64,000 nt of DNA. It comes from Squalus acanthias. Taxonomy: Eukaryota. Every line of letters starts with the position of its first letter. The first letter of the stretch is position 1. Positions 12,333 through 23,864 of this stretch are shown here, in pieces. The notes beneath the pieces are model-generated. The model did not search any database and had not been told where the DNA came from. It worked only from the letters and a program-made list of their open reading frames with translations. Location: NCBI GenBank assembly GCA_030390025.1, contig CM059438.1, positions 62,808,001 through 62,872,000 of the forward strand, written 5' to 3'. The translations under genes were made by a program, and so were the position numbers.

Positions 12333-13135
12333 GGGGGAGAAATTCGGTTGCTTTGCACCTCTCATTAGCGCCTTAAGAGGACGCAAAGCAACGGGACGCA
12401 AAGCAACTAGCGCCCGGGTGCGGCGCCGCCTCCCGTGAAATTCAGCAGGAGGTTAGCGGCGGCAGTAACCGTTAGCGCCCTGTGGCGCTGCGCCGCCGGC
12501 GATGACTACATCACCGTGCGCAGTGCCCTGGCCGCGATCTTCGGTAGCGCCCCCTGACTTACCGCTGGACGCTTTGTTCGACAGGGTCAGGGGAGCCTAC
12601 CTGCAGTCGGGGCGCTCCGATCCCGGTGGCCCAGCTGGGCCCCGGGTCGCGCTGCGCAAGGCCCCTCACCTTTAAGAAGGGGCGGAAGGCCTGCAATACC
12701 GTTGCGCAACGTGCCGCAGCGCCCTGCTTCCCTCTTGGGGTGCTCCCAAACCCGCGACCTCTACCACCTAGAAGGACAAGGGCAGCAGGCGCATGGGAAC
12801 ACCACCACCTCCAAATTCCCATGCAAGTCACACACCATCCTGACTTGGAAGTATATTGCCGTTCCTTCATCGTCGCTGGGTCAAAATCCTGGAACTTCCA
12901 CCCTAACAGCAGTGTGGGAGTACCTTCACCACTCGGACTACAGCAGTTCAAGAAGGCGGCTCACCACCACCTTCTCAAAGGCAATTAGGGATGGGCAATA
13001 AATGCTGGCCTTGCCAGCGACGTCCACATCCCATAAAAACTAATTAAAAATAAAAAATTTGGGCCGAGGGGGTGCTAATTTTTTCAGGGAGCTAAAAATA
13101 GCGCCCCAAAGGTGGCACGACTCAATTTTTCCCCC
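12333..13135. mobile_element. Harbinger-type MITE containing a nested LINE B fragment
   Basis: TIR GGGGGAGAAATT / AATTTTTCCCCC, 3-bp TSD ATG, many GCGCC motifs. Confidence 0.8.
12743..13040 (+). mobile_element. LINE family B 3' end nested in the MITE
   Basis: Close reverse-complement match to 11426-11725. Confidence 0.85.
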
Positions 13136-14149
13136 ATGGTCCCTAGTTTTGAACCTCCCCACAAGTGGAAACATCAAGTGGTTACAAACTTCATCTAAAA
13201 AAAAAAGTTTGCGAATCTTTGTGCACATCCTTTTCAATCATTCATTCAGTCCCAATTTAAACAAAATCCCTGGGCGAGATGTGATGTGGATTGACCGGAT
13301 AATGTGTTGCATATTAAAATTGGATAATCTTAGATTTCATGCTTGATTTGCAATTTTGTACTTGGGTTCTGCATTGAGCAGGAATCCTATGCTTGTTGCT
13401 GCTCTGGGTTTGTGCTCTGTAGTCTTGCCATCATTGTATATCAGCGACTTCCCACTGGATCATGTGGAATCCAAATGAATGCAGATGCCGTGACTGACGC
13501 ACTGTGGTGCCCAGGTGAGTTAAAATTCTAGGAGGTTGACTGTGTGTTGGTGAACTAGCGAGTCTTGCTTTGGGTGTATTTGACTGACTGTAGCTGTGCT
13601 CCTCTCTGAAGCAAACCGCAAGTTTATTCTCTGGATTGACGTTGTCTCTGTCGAAAGAATGTCTGTTAGTAAGTCCATAGTTTGGGCAGCAGTGATATTT
13701 GCTACAGTGTGAAATTGTGCTGCAGTAACATCCTCACAGTTGCACGATACACCTTTATTTGTAAACCTATTCGTGACCATTCTCCTTTAACACAAACAGC
13801 ACCTGGATGAGTTGGGGCCTCTACCATCATAGCAGCTTTCTGCTTAATATGCTGACTGCTCACTTTGTGACATCCTTTTTATGATTTGGTGCACTGAAAA
13901 ATTTGATCAATGTCAGTAAATGATGGAAAAGATGATTATGAAATAATTGCCTGCCTCAGCGGCCGGTTTGGATGCCTGCTGCTTCATTCTTTGCACTCTT
14001 GAGAGATCCTACTGACTCATGAATTTCTGATTTGGGTTCAAAACTGGCCAGACATTGGTATCTTCAAACCAAAGTGCCACAGTCTCAGGAAGAATCCATT
14101 TTTGCTGAGACTAGCTCAGTTTTACCAGAAGAACTGGGTGGTTGCAGAG

Positions 14150-14330
14150 AGCAGTGACAGAGGACATGGACAATCTCTTTCACTTTTGCACGTGGATTTG
14201 AATTCTGCCCAGATTAATGCCATTAAAGTCTCCTCTCTCTTTGGATATGAGAGTCCAAGGTAGGTGAAATGAATTTGAGGAGTCTGGACTCTGTTCATAG
14301 CACAAAACTGAGAGATGGCACAAGGATGAC
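14150..14330 (+). mobile_element. Ancient LF-SINE-like relic
   Basis: CTTTCAC..GGATTTGAATTCTGCCCAG..GTGAAATGAATTTG; similar to 17255, 18965 and 63665. Confidence 0.4.
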
Positions 14331-14514
14331 TGGTGATCTTGGGTGGATGCGGTTCAAAGGTTTAGAATCGAGGAAGAGTTCTAAGAGGGCGCTTTATTTC
14401 AGTTCAAAAACATTGTGCTACCTGATCCTCGGGTGCTTGATGGTGATGCTGAATGCTGACGTGATCGTGTCCCATGCAACTGCAACAACATCCCTTGCCT
14501 TGATGTGCACAAAA

Positions 14515-14650
14515 ATAGAACATAGAAGCAGGAGTAGACCATTCAGCCCCTCAAGCCTGTTCCGCTGTCCGATCAGATCGTGGCTGATCTGTACCTCCAC
14601 TCCATTTACCCGCCTTTCACCCTTATCCCTTAATACCCTCACGGAACAAA
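14515..14650 (-). mobile_element. CR1 tail fragment
   Basis: ATAGAACATAGAAGCAGGAGTAGACCATTCAGCCCC matches antisense CR1 tails. Confidence 0.75.
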
Positions 14651-14667
14651 AAAACCATAATGTATAA

Positions 14668-14930
14668 GTGTCAGCTTGGCTCAGTTACTAACGATCTGGC
14701 CTCTGAGTCAGAAGGCTGTCGGTTCAAACCACACTCCAGGACTTGGAGCACAACATCTAGGGTGGCATTCCACTGATATGTAGTTGCTCAGAATGAGCCA
14801 TTAAACCGAGGCCCCATTTGCCTGTTAAGGTGGACGTAAAAGATCCCATGCCTCTATTTGAGGAAGAGCGTGGCGTTCTCTCCGTGTCCTGGCCAACAGC
14901 ACTAAAAATGGATTAACTGATCAGTCATCT
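14668..14930 (+). mobile_element. Deu-domain SINE, family A, 3'-truncated
   Basis: tRNA-like head and core motif; abuts the Penelope element. Confidence 0.8.
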
Positions 14931-15953
14931 GAACTAGAACATTTCATTCACTATGCTTCCAATTTCCACCCTTCCCTCACCTTCACATGGTCCATCTCCG
15001 ACTCTTCCCTTCCCTTCCTCGACTTCTCCATCTCTGGGGATAGGTTATTGACTAACATTCACTACAAGCCCACTGACTCCCACAGCTACCTGGACTACAC
15101 TTCCTCCCACCCCGCCTCCTGTAAGGACTCTATTCCATTCTCCCAGTTTCTCAGTCTCCGCCGCATCTGCTCTGATGATGCCACCTTCCATACCAGTGCT
15201 TCCGACATGTCTTCCTTTTTCCTCAACCGAGGATTCCCCATTACCGTGGTCGACACGGCCCTCGACCGTGTCCGTTCTATCTCCCGCACTTCTGCCCTCA
15301 CCCCTACCCCTCCCTCCCGGAACCACGATAGGGCCCCCCTTGTCCTCACCTTTCACCCCACCAGCCTCCACATTCAACGGATCATCCTCCACCATTTCCG
15401 CCACTTACAGTGTGATCCCACCACCAAACACATCTTCCCCTCACCTCCCCTTTCAGTATTCCGCAGGGACCGCTCCCTCCGCGACACCCTAGTCCACTCC
15501 TCTACCACCCCCAGCACCCCTTCCCCTTCGCCCGGCACCTTCCCGTGCACGCGCAGGAGATGCAACACATGCCCTTATACCTCCCCTCTTCCCACTGTCC
15601 AGGGCCCCAAACACCCCTTCCAGGTGAAACAGCGATTTACTTGTACTTCCTGCAATTTAGTATACTGTATTCGCTGCTCACGATGTGGTCTCCTCTACAT
15701 TGGGGAGACCAAACGCAGATTGGGTGACCGCTTTGCGGAACACCTCCGTTCAGTCCGTAAGGGGGACCCCGAGCTCCCGGTCGCCTGTCACTTTAATTCA
15801 CCGCTCCACTCCCACTCTGACCTCACCGTCCTCGGCCTATTACACTGTTCCACGGAAGCGCAGCGTAAGCTCGAGGAACAGCACCTCATCTTTCGTTTAG
15901 GCACGCTACAGCCCTCTGGACTCAATATCGAGTTCAACAATTTTAGATCATAA
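14931..15953 (+). CDS. Penelope-like polyprotein C-terminal part (RT end/thumb, Cys linker, GIY-YIG endonuclease); no start codon
   Basis: Uninterrupted frame: NFHPSLTFT..LPFLD..YKPTDSHSYL..CTRRRCNTC..LVYCIRCSRCGLLYIGETKRRLGDRFAEH..GLN. Confidence 0.85.
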   Translation, partial: ELEHFIHYASNFHPSLTFTWSISDSSLPFLDFSISGDRLLTNIHYKPTDSHSYLDYTSSHPASCKDSIPFSQFLSLRRICSDDATFHTSASDMSSFFLNRGFPITVVDTALDRVRSISRTSALTPTPPSRNHDRAPLVLTFHPTSLHIQRIILHHFRHLQCDPTTKHIFPSPPLSVFRRDRSLRDTLVHSSTTPSTPSPSPGTFPCTRRRCNTCPYTSPLPTVQGPKHPFQVKQRFTCTSCNLVYCIRCSRCGLLYIGETKRRLGDRFAEHLRSVRKGDPELPVACHFNSPLHSHSDLTVLGLLHCSTEAQRKLEEQHLIFRLGTLQPSGLNIEFNNFRS

Positions 15954-16215
15954 CCTCAGCTCCAATCACATTTATATTTTATTTGCCCCCCCCCCACCTT
16001 TTTTTTTCCTCCTAGAAGCTGGCAGCTGTCCTTCATTCTGCCAGTGGATTTCACACTTCTTTCAGCCTTAATCTGTCACATTAACACCACCTCTAGCCTT
16101 GCATATCTCTTAATGTCTCTTAATGTCTCTTCATCTCCCCCTTTGTTCCTTTATCCCCTCCCTCTTTTCCCAGCTTTACCCTGGCCTTAAATCTATTTGA
16201 TTTCCGGCTCTTCCC

Positions 16216-16252
16216 AGTTCTGATGAAAGGTCATCGACCTGAAACGTTAACT
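16216..16252 (+). ncRNA. Minimal type I hammerhead ribozyme motif
   Basis: AGTT-CTGATGA-A-AGGTC atc GACCT-GAAA-CG-TT-AACT: core boxes, 5-bp stem II, 4-bp stem I, palindromic AACGTT in place of stem III. Confidence 0.75.
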
Positions 16253-16904
16253 CTCTTTCTCTCTCCACGGATGCTGCCTGGCCTGCTGAGTTTTTCCAGC
16301 GTTTTCTGTTCTCTCTTTTGCTGTTTGTGTAGATCGGATGGCATATTTTCCGACATGACAACAGTGACTTCATTTCAATAGGTAATTCATTACTTGTGAA
16401 GTGGTTTGAGACGTTCTGAGGATGAGGTTCTATATGAATGCAAATTTGTTCCTAAAATGCTGGAAATGCATAGCAAATCGGTTAGCATTTGAAAGAGAAA
16501 GACCGCTTAATCTTTGGGTGGAGTCCCATGATAATCTGTGCATTTCCGGTTTCTAACATTTTTCTCTCCACCCACCCCCACAAAGAAAAGAGTTGGGTTT
16601 TATAAAGGGAATAACTGGATCTTCCTGGGACTTGAGTTTTAAAACATTTTACAAACGGCGTGTAGTATCCTACGGGTGGTCGTGATAATTAACTGCAGTT
16701 TGATGCTTTTATTTTTAATGCAGTTAATTATTACTTGGTGGCCCATACCACATATTGAGCAAATAGGAGTCATGGCATCTCTGATGATGCAGAACAGATG
16801 TTCTTTGGCTTGTTTGGCTGCCTTGACTTAATTGCTCCTGTGGTGCTCTAGGGTCTTTCGTTCTCTGCAGGATCCACAAAAACCCAATCTTTTAAAAAGG
16901 CAAT

Positions 16905-17001
16905 GGGGCGAAATTAGTTTTCGCAAAAGAGAATCAGGCGGGCTGCAAAAACGATTTGTTATCGGCCGTTGAGTGCTACCGCCAAGACCAATTTCACCCC
17001 C
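16905..17001. mobile_element. 97-bp Harbinger-type MITE remnant
   Basis: GGGGCGAAATT / AATTTCACCCCC termini. Confidence 0.55.
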
Positions 17002-17254
17002 AGTGTTAATCCGGTTATCTTTTGGGGTATGTCTTGCGGTTATCAAGGCATGGAAATTATTGCTGGGGGAATGGATCACTTTCTGTTTTCAGGGTTCCCA
17101 GTGCAGAATAGCTCTGGCAGCTGCACAGTAAAACATTTCACGCTTGCCCCATCTTTGACTGCCCTCGTGTGACATTTCCATTTCCCACGCCAGCCATCTT
17201 TGCAGCCTATCAGTGAATTTGCCTCTGAGTGCCACTTTTTTTTGTAATTTTATG

Positions 17255-17410
17255 CTGTGGGCCTGTGCCCACTAGAAACTGCCCCAAACTCATTTCACAT
17301 AGTCTCCTCTCCATGTTGGCTTTATAGGTCCTTTCGCCCCATGGATCTGGACTGGATTCAAACCCAGGTCTCTGATGTAAAGGGCAAGAACGTTAAGCTG
17401 CTGTATCACC
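17255..17410 (-). mobile_element. Ancient LF-SINE-like relic
   Basis: Minus strand: CCTGGGTTTGAATCCAGTCCAG..CTATGTGAAATGAGTTTGGGGCAGTTTCTAGTGGGCACAGG. Confidence 0.5.
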
Positions 17411-17803
17411 TCAGTACCAAATAAAACTTTAACCTTTCAAAAGTATTCCAACTTTAGTATTCTTGTTAGAATAAAATTCAACTGCTAAATATAGTAAGAA
17501 TGAAGAGAGTTATCTGTACGTGTTGCTAAGAATCATCATTAACATTCTTTCCTGTTTACATTGGGAGAGTTTGTAATTTGACTCTTACTGGTGTCACCCT
17601 GACTTAGCCTGCAAGGCAGGTGAGTTATGGAGGTCTGATTGACTGACTTGTGATTTGTTTTTTTCAGTAAACCACTGAGACTCACTGTGCTTTCCCAGTC
17701 AAGTGGTACAAATGATTTTGGTAGCTTTGTGTTTGTATTTAAAGTTTAGGAGAAAATATTTATTATTAGACTGTGAACATGTACCTTCTTGGAAGACTAC
17801 CAC

Positions 17804-18427
17804 CCCACCCCACTTTTCTCACTGTGGAACCCTTGCTGAGGTATTTGTTCCATGGGCATTAGTCACCCTTTAGTACTTACCTAAGTGGCCATTATTTATG
17901 GATGAACCTTAACAATGCCAACCAGCTATTTGGCCACGGAAGGCACCACATTTGTGCAAGCCTATTTGTGCGTTCTAACCTTGCCGATGCCTGGTGCATA
18001 GCTGGTGCGTGCTGGTTTGGCCATTGAGAAGCATGGGACTAGGATGGAGACCATGATAAACAATAGGGTGTGGAAGAAGATAGAATGAAAAGCATGGAAC
18101 TCCGATAGGACCCTCTTGTGTGGAGTAGAAAGCTGCCATCCATTGTTTATAGTTGCTGCAAGGAAACAATTGCAATTGTGAGTGTGTGTGACACAATTTT
18201 GGAAGTTTTACATTTTTTTTGCTTTCGGCAATTCCTCCTCTTCCCACCCCACTTTTCTCACTGTGGAACCCTTGCTGAGGTATTTGTTCCATGGGCATTA
18301 GTCACCCTTTAGTACTTACCTAACTGGCCATTATTTATGGATGAACCTTAACAATGCCAACCAGCTATTTGGCCACGGAAGGCACCACATTTGTGCAAGC
18401 CTATTTGTGCGTTCTAACCTTGCCGAT
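17804..18427 (+). repeat. Near-identical 185-bp direct repeats (17804-17988, 18243-18427) flanking 254 bp of unique sequence
   Basis: Direct comparison; one mismatch seen (CTAAGTGG vs CTAACTGG). Confidence 0.95.
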
Positions 18428-18964
18428 CTGATGTGTGCTGTCAATGATGCACTTCCAGAAATGACAAGGAGAGTATTACAAACCTCAATAAATGTTCACA
18501 ATCAATCCCTCTCCTACTTCAGGTGGTTTTTTTTTATATAAAACTCCTGTTGCATTGGATTTATTTGCGGAGAAAAATAAATGATGCAGATTTTGTTGTG
18601 ATTGGACTCCTTCAAGTCACAGAGACTCTGCAGTAATTGACTGCTGGAGATCGGCATTTCTGACGGGGACAGTGCAATTTGTTTCGGCTGGATGTAGTTG
18701 TAGCTCCAGACGGAATGAATTGTGAAGATATACAGTTTTCCTTAAACAACCAAATCCTTATTAGAGAGAAGCACCATTAAACTGTCATTTGAGGTGCTCC
18801 TACTCATTAATTTACCTGACAGTATTTGCTAGCGTGTACTGCAGTGTTGCGCACGCAGGTTCTTCAAAACACGCTTGAAATTTGAGCAGTCTTTCCTCTA
18901 CAAAGCAAATATAGTGCTCCATTTTTTTTCTCTAAAATTGTGAACAATTTTACAAACCGAAATG

Positions 18965-19180
18965 GATGCTTTGGGGTACTATTGGTTCATCTTCGGAGCT
19001 TGGGTTTCCTTCCACCCACCCCAAAGATAGGAGATAAAAGTCTTGAGTTTCTGCTGGCTGTAAGGGTCCATCGTGAAGTGACTTTGGGGCCAGTGTCAGT
19101 CCAGTTCCGAGTGAGCTCGAGTCCTCACGAATCCAATGCTACACACAAATGGACATGGACAGGCAGCCTCGTGCTGTGTC
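18965..19180 (+). mobile_element. Ancient LF-SINE-like relic
   Basis: CTGCTGGCTGTAAGGGTCC..GTGAAGTGACTTTGGGGCCAGTGTCAGTCCAGTTCC. Confidence 0.45.
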
Positions 19181-19184
19181 AGGA

Positions 19185-19600
19185 TGCTGGGGCTCTTTTC
19201 TCTAGAAAAGAGAGAGGCTGAGAGGCGAGTTGCTAGAGGTCTTTAAAATTATGAAGGGGTTTGATAGGGTAGACGTAGAGTTTCCACTTGTGGGGAGTCC
19301 AAAACTGAGGACCATAAGTATAAGACAGTCACTAATAATTCCAATAGGGAATTCAGGAGAAACCTCTTTACTCAGAGTGGTTAGAATGTGGAACTCGCTA
19401 CCACAGGGAGTAGTTGACGTGAATAGCATAGATGCATTTAAGGGGAAGCTAGATAAGATGAGGGTGAAAGGAATAGAAGGATATGTTGACAGGGTGAGAT
19501 GAAGAGAGGTGGGAGGAGGCTCGTGTGGAGCACAAACCATGGACCTGGTGGGCCAAATGGCCTGTTTCTGTGCTGTAAATACCTTGTAATTCTATGTAAA
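19185..19600 (+). mobile_element. CR1 3' fragment
   Basis: LEVFKIMKGFDRVD..RVVRMWNSLPQGVV..FKGKLD plus tail. Confidence 0.85.
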
Positions 19601-19909
19601 ATGGCAGTGATGTTCTGATATGAAGGCGAGCTTTATTCTGTATCTGTCTTGTACTCAGCCTGAACTTGCAGTACTTGCTGGGTGTGAAGAATGAGAAATT
19701 GGTTCCCGTTCCTCAGCTCAATGATTGATTACTCATGAGTGCAGAGAAAAAAACCTCCCCGTCCCCCAGCAGAGAATAAATGTTAATAATGTTCAGAGCA
19801 GCCAGCTGAGTCAAGTAGACCAGCAGTTTCTTGCATCATTAGGCACAATCAAAGTACATTGTAAAATTATATTTTGTTTCCCTTTAAATTAAATTTTACA
19901 TGGGACGAC

Positions 19910-20115
19910 CTGGAATTCTCTACCACAGAAGGCAGTTGAGGCCAAGTCATTAAATATATTCAAGAATGAGTTAGATATATTTCTTAAAGCTAAAGGGATC
20001 AAGGGATATGGGGAGAAGGCAGGTACAGGGTACTGAGTTTGGATGATCAGCCATGATCTCATCGAATGGCGGAGCAGGCTCGAGGGGCCGAATCTCCTGC
20101 TCCTAGTTTCTATGT
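19910..20115 (+). mobile_element. CR1 3' end
   Basis: WNSLPQKAVEAKSLNIFK coding plus tail, same family as 411-956. Confidence 0.85.
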
Positions 20116-22133
20116 ATAATGCTGGGGTACAATCTGGCTTTAGGGGTTGACTGAACATGGGGCACACTTACCTCCTCCTGAAGGTGGTGTAAAGGTCGTA
20201 GCTCCCTCTGTCCTTGAGAGCTCCATTATTGAATCGATCGGTGCCTTACAAAGACTTGCCAGCATGGAATAAATGAGCTAACATGGCTGAAATTATAAAG
20301 ATGCAAGTTAAATACCAGTAGCATAAATCATTAAGTTTTGCTACTGTGTTATGTTAATGAAAATGTAGCTTGGCCCAGTAAAGTGCTGAGTGGCTTGACT
20401 GTTCTGCTTTTAACTGGAGTGGTTTCCATTAGTAGTGGGAGGAACAAAATGTGGTGGCAAGCAAGGGGGAATAGGAGCAAACCTTGGAAGGAGGGAGGAG
20501 GCCATTAGATCAGCCAGCCCATTCATCCACAGGCCACGCACGATCCATTCTACCATGGACTCTACGCAACTCATTTAACCTTCTGAAGAAATATTCTGAA
20601 TTTCTCTTTGCCTTATCCCAGAAAAGATCCATCAACTGAAAATTGCAGAATATGTATCTAACCATACATTCTACATTCTTCATCTTATGCCTGATTGGCA
20701 GGACATTTATATGATACCAGTAATCATTCTGCACAGCATTTAATCTTCTCGGGCTACACTTATCTATCTAACCCACAATCGTACTGCTGACCAGGAATTC
20801 ACCCTGCTCTATTAAAGATGCACTTCTAGAACAAGGAGACACACGCAGTAAATATTCACTACTCTGGTAATTGGGTTTATTACTTTCCTTTTGTACGAAA
20901 AGTGTTAACTGCAGCATTATCTGTTGTAGAAAGGACTCCATTCTGGATGTCTCCTAATGCAACAGGAGATAAAAATTTCTTCTAACCTTCAATCATATTA
21001 ATTTTGTTCTCGTATCCTTCTACTTCTGTGTTTGTGTTCCAGGTTTTGTCATCCATTGCCCTCGTTTTAAAAACCAGGATCATGCCCCTCTTCATCTTTT
21101 TACCTCCCAGTGCAACTCATGTCTGATCTGATCTCATTGAAATCATGTTTAACTAACGTCTCTCATCCATCTAATTTATCAGTTACTATATAATGCTACA
21201 ATTTAAAAAGAGGTACAGGTACCAGCGCTCAGGTTTTTACGTGCCATGAAACCTGTTGGTAGAGAAGACCACTTGTGAACAGACATTTGGTGTACAAAAG
21301 CTCTCTTGCAGTGGCATTAAGGGGTGTGCAAAATAAGTACATTGGGCAAAGTCATTGAACCGCAGCCTCTATTCAGACCATGAAAAGACCAGCTGGTCCA
21401 CCAAGCCTGGTAATGACCATTGACTAATGTAATAATGGAACAGCAAAGAATACGCTCATTAGGAATAGCCATCCTGCAATGTTAATAACTTTGGACCCAC
21501 CAAAGCTAAACTTTGATTAACTAACTTCTCTCATTCATCTAATTAAACATGATTTCAATGAGCAGATCAGACATGAGTTGCATTGAAGGGAAGAAGAGGG
21601 GCATTATCTTGGTTTTTAAAATGAGGGCAATAGATGACAAAACCTGGAACACAAACACAAGTGGAAGGATAGGAGAACAAAAATTAATGCAGGTGAAGTT
21701 TAGAAGGATTGTTTATCTTCCTGTTGCATTAGTGGATGTGCAGAATGTTTTTCTTCTTCCATTATTACACCAGCCAATGGTAATTATCAGACTTGCGCCG
21801 GCTTGGTGGACTAGCTGGTCATTTCCTCCCCCCTCATGTTTGTGTGTAACATTGCTGCTGGAGAACTTCCCCCCCGCCCCCCCCCCCCACTCAATGTCTG
21901 CTCACAGACAGCTTCTCCAGCTAGGCGTTGACTTTACAGCTGTTTTCTAAAGTGAGAAATGTAAGTGAAAGGCTGTGGCCCATAATGTAGAGCATCACCA
22001 AGGTTGGAGCAATTAGGAGCGAAGATGAGGTAAATTGAAATGTGGTTGGTTTGTTGGTTGATGAACAGCTTGGGATTTGAACAGGATGGAATTTTAAAAA
22101 CATGTAGATTGCAGGAAGAAGGGAAGACTTTAC

Positions 22134-22540
22134 GGGAACAGTGGCATAGTGGTTATGTTACAGGATTCGTAATCTAGAGCCCTCAACTAATGATCCAGAG
22201 ACATGAGTTCAGATCCCAACAAGGCAGCTGGGGAATTTAAATTCAGTTCATTAAATCTGGAATAAAAAGCTAAGATCAGTAATGGTGACCATGAAACCTA
22301 CGGATTGTCGTAAAAACACATCTGGTTCACTAATGTCCTTTAGGGAAGGAAACCTGCCGTCCTTACCCGGCCTGGCCTATACGTGACTCCAGACCCACAG
22401 CAATGTAGTCGACTCTCAACAGCCCCCCTGAAATGGCAGTTTTCAAGAAGGCGGCTCACCACCTTCTCAAGGGCAATTATGGATGGGCAATAACTGGCTT
22501 TGCTAGCGATGGTCACATCCCGTGAATGAATAAAAAAAAA
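22134..22540 (+). mobile_element. tRNA-derived SINE family B (tail shared with LINE B)
   Basis: Head TGGCATAGTGG..GAGTTCAGATCCC; tail TTCAAGAAGGCGGCTCACCACCTTCTCAAGGGCAATT..CATCCCGTGAATGAA. Confidence 0.8.
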
Positions 22541-22594
22541 CTTGGGGAGCTGAGGAGATGCACAGTTTGGAGGTTCTTTAAAGAAGGTGTTGCA

Positions 22595-22900
22595 AGGCCC
22601 CATCTGCTCTTTCAGGTGGATGTAAAAGATCCCATGGCACTATTTCGAAGAAGAGCAGGGGAGTTATCTCCGGTGTCCTGGCCAATATTTATCCCTCAAC
22701 CAACATAACAAAAACAGATTATCTGGTCATTATCACCTTGCTGTTTGTGGGAGCTTGCTGTGCGCAAATTGGCTGCCGCATTTCCTACATTACAACAGTG
22801 ACTCCACTTCAAAAAGTACTTCATTGGCTGTAAAGCGCTTTGAGACGTCTGGTGGTCGTGAAAGGTGCCACATAAATGCAAGTCTTTCTTTTTTTCTTCT
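22595..22900 (+). mobile_element. Deu-domain SINE, family A, 3' half
   Basis: Core and tail match 957-1240. Confidence 0.85.
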
Positions 22901-23219
22901 TTCAAGAGGAACCTTTTGTGATGAACTTTGATTTCAACACAATGAGTATGCAGGAAGGGGGAAGGGAATGTAGGACAGTATCTTTTGAAGGTTAAGATGA
23001 ACTGCAGAGGAAAGTTCAGATATCGCGATAAACCTAGATCCACGACAGATCACAACATAAGCATTCTACTGGCGGTAATGCCAACCCAACAGTCTCCTAA
23101 ATTATGAGACAAACTCTTAAAATTATGAGATGCCATTTTTTTTTCCAAACACAAACCAGTATAAATTGACAGTTTGTTTATAAACCTCATTAGTGGTTTA
23201 TTTAATCTCTAGCATAATT

Positions 23220-23503
23220 TCAGAATAAGGGGGCACCCATTTAAAATGGAAATGAGGAGGAATTTCTTCTGAGGGTCGTGAATCTTTGGAATTCTCTTCC
23301 CCCAGGGAGCTGTGGAGGCTGGGTCATTGAATACATTTAAGGTGGAGATAGACAGATTTTTGAACGATAAGGGGAGTCAAGGGTTATGGGGAGCGGGCAG
23401 GGAAGTGGAGCTGAGGCCAAGATCAGATCAGCCATGATCTTATTGAATGGCGGAGCATGGCTCAAGGGGCCGAATGACTTACTCCTGCTCCGACGTCTTA
23501 TGT
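23220..23503 (+). mobile_element. CR1 3' end
   Basis: Matches 40893-41315 in coding end and tail. Confidence 0.85.
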
Positions 23504-23864
23504 AACAGGTCACAGCTCTTTACAAAAACTTTATTACTGCATCTGAAAATGCTTTACTAAAAACTTGTTAAAAATTCCTACCCGTTATCACCACGCTGCC
23601 ATGCCTCTCAGTTTAAGGTGACAATGACAAATGTAAATTAGTTAAGACAAAAATTAAGCATGTATATTTATGGCTTGTGCCACCTGCCAGCAGGAAGAGG
23701 AGAGCATTCCGCCCACTGCCCGCCTGTTTGATGCCGGAGGTTAAAATCAAGCCTCGACTCTCTTGTGAACCAAAACTAAAATGTACGCTATTAATTCTGC
23801 TGTGTCTGAGCTAGTCCAGAAGTAACGATACGTTTTATCGTTGGTTTTTGGCCACCACCACAAA

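Larger units (their letters stand above)
12089..13175 (-). mobile_element. CR1 3' fragment interrupted by a Harbinger-type MITE
   Basis: Sequence ...GACTATCTTATATTTATG resumes as ATGGTCCCTAGTTTTG after 13135. Confidence 0.8.
14931..16322 (+). mobile_element. 5'-truncated Penelope-like retroelement (Neptune-like)
   Basis: RT C-terminus, Cys-rich linker and GIY-YIG ORF, followed by a terminal repeat with a hammerhead motif. Confidence 0.92.

Noticed and set aside
13423..13514. Possible exon ending CAG|GTGAGT
   Set aside because: Weak acceptor, unrecognised peptide and no supporting duplicate; such sites arise by chance in 64 kb
17804..18427. TRIM or LTR retroelement
   Set aside because: The repeats lack TG..CA ends, and I see no primer-binding site or flanking TSD; kept only as a duplication
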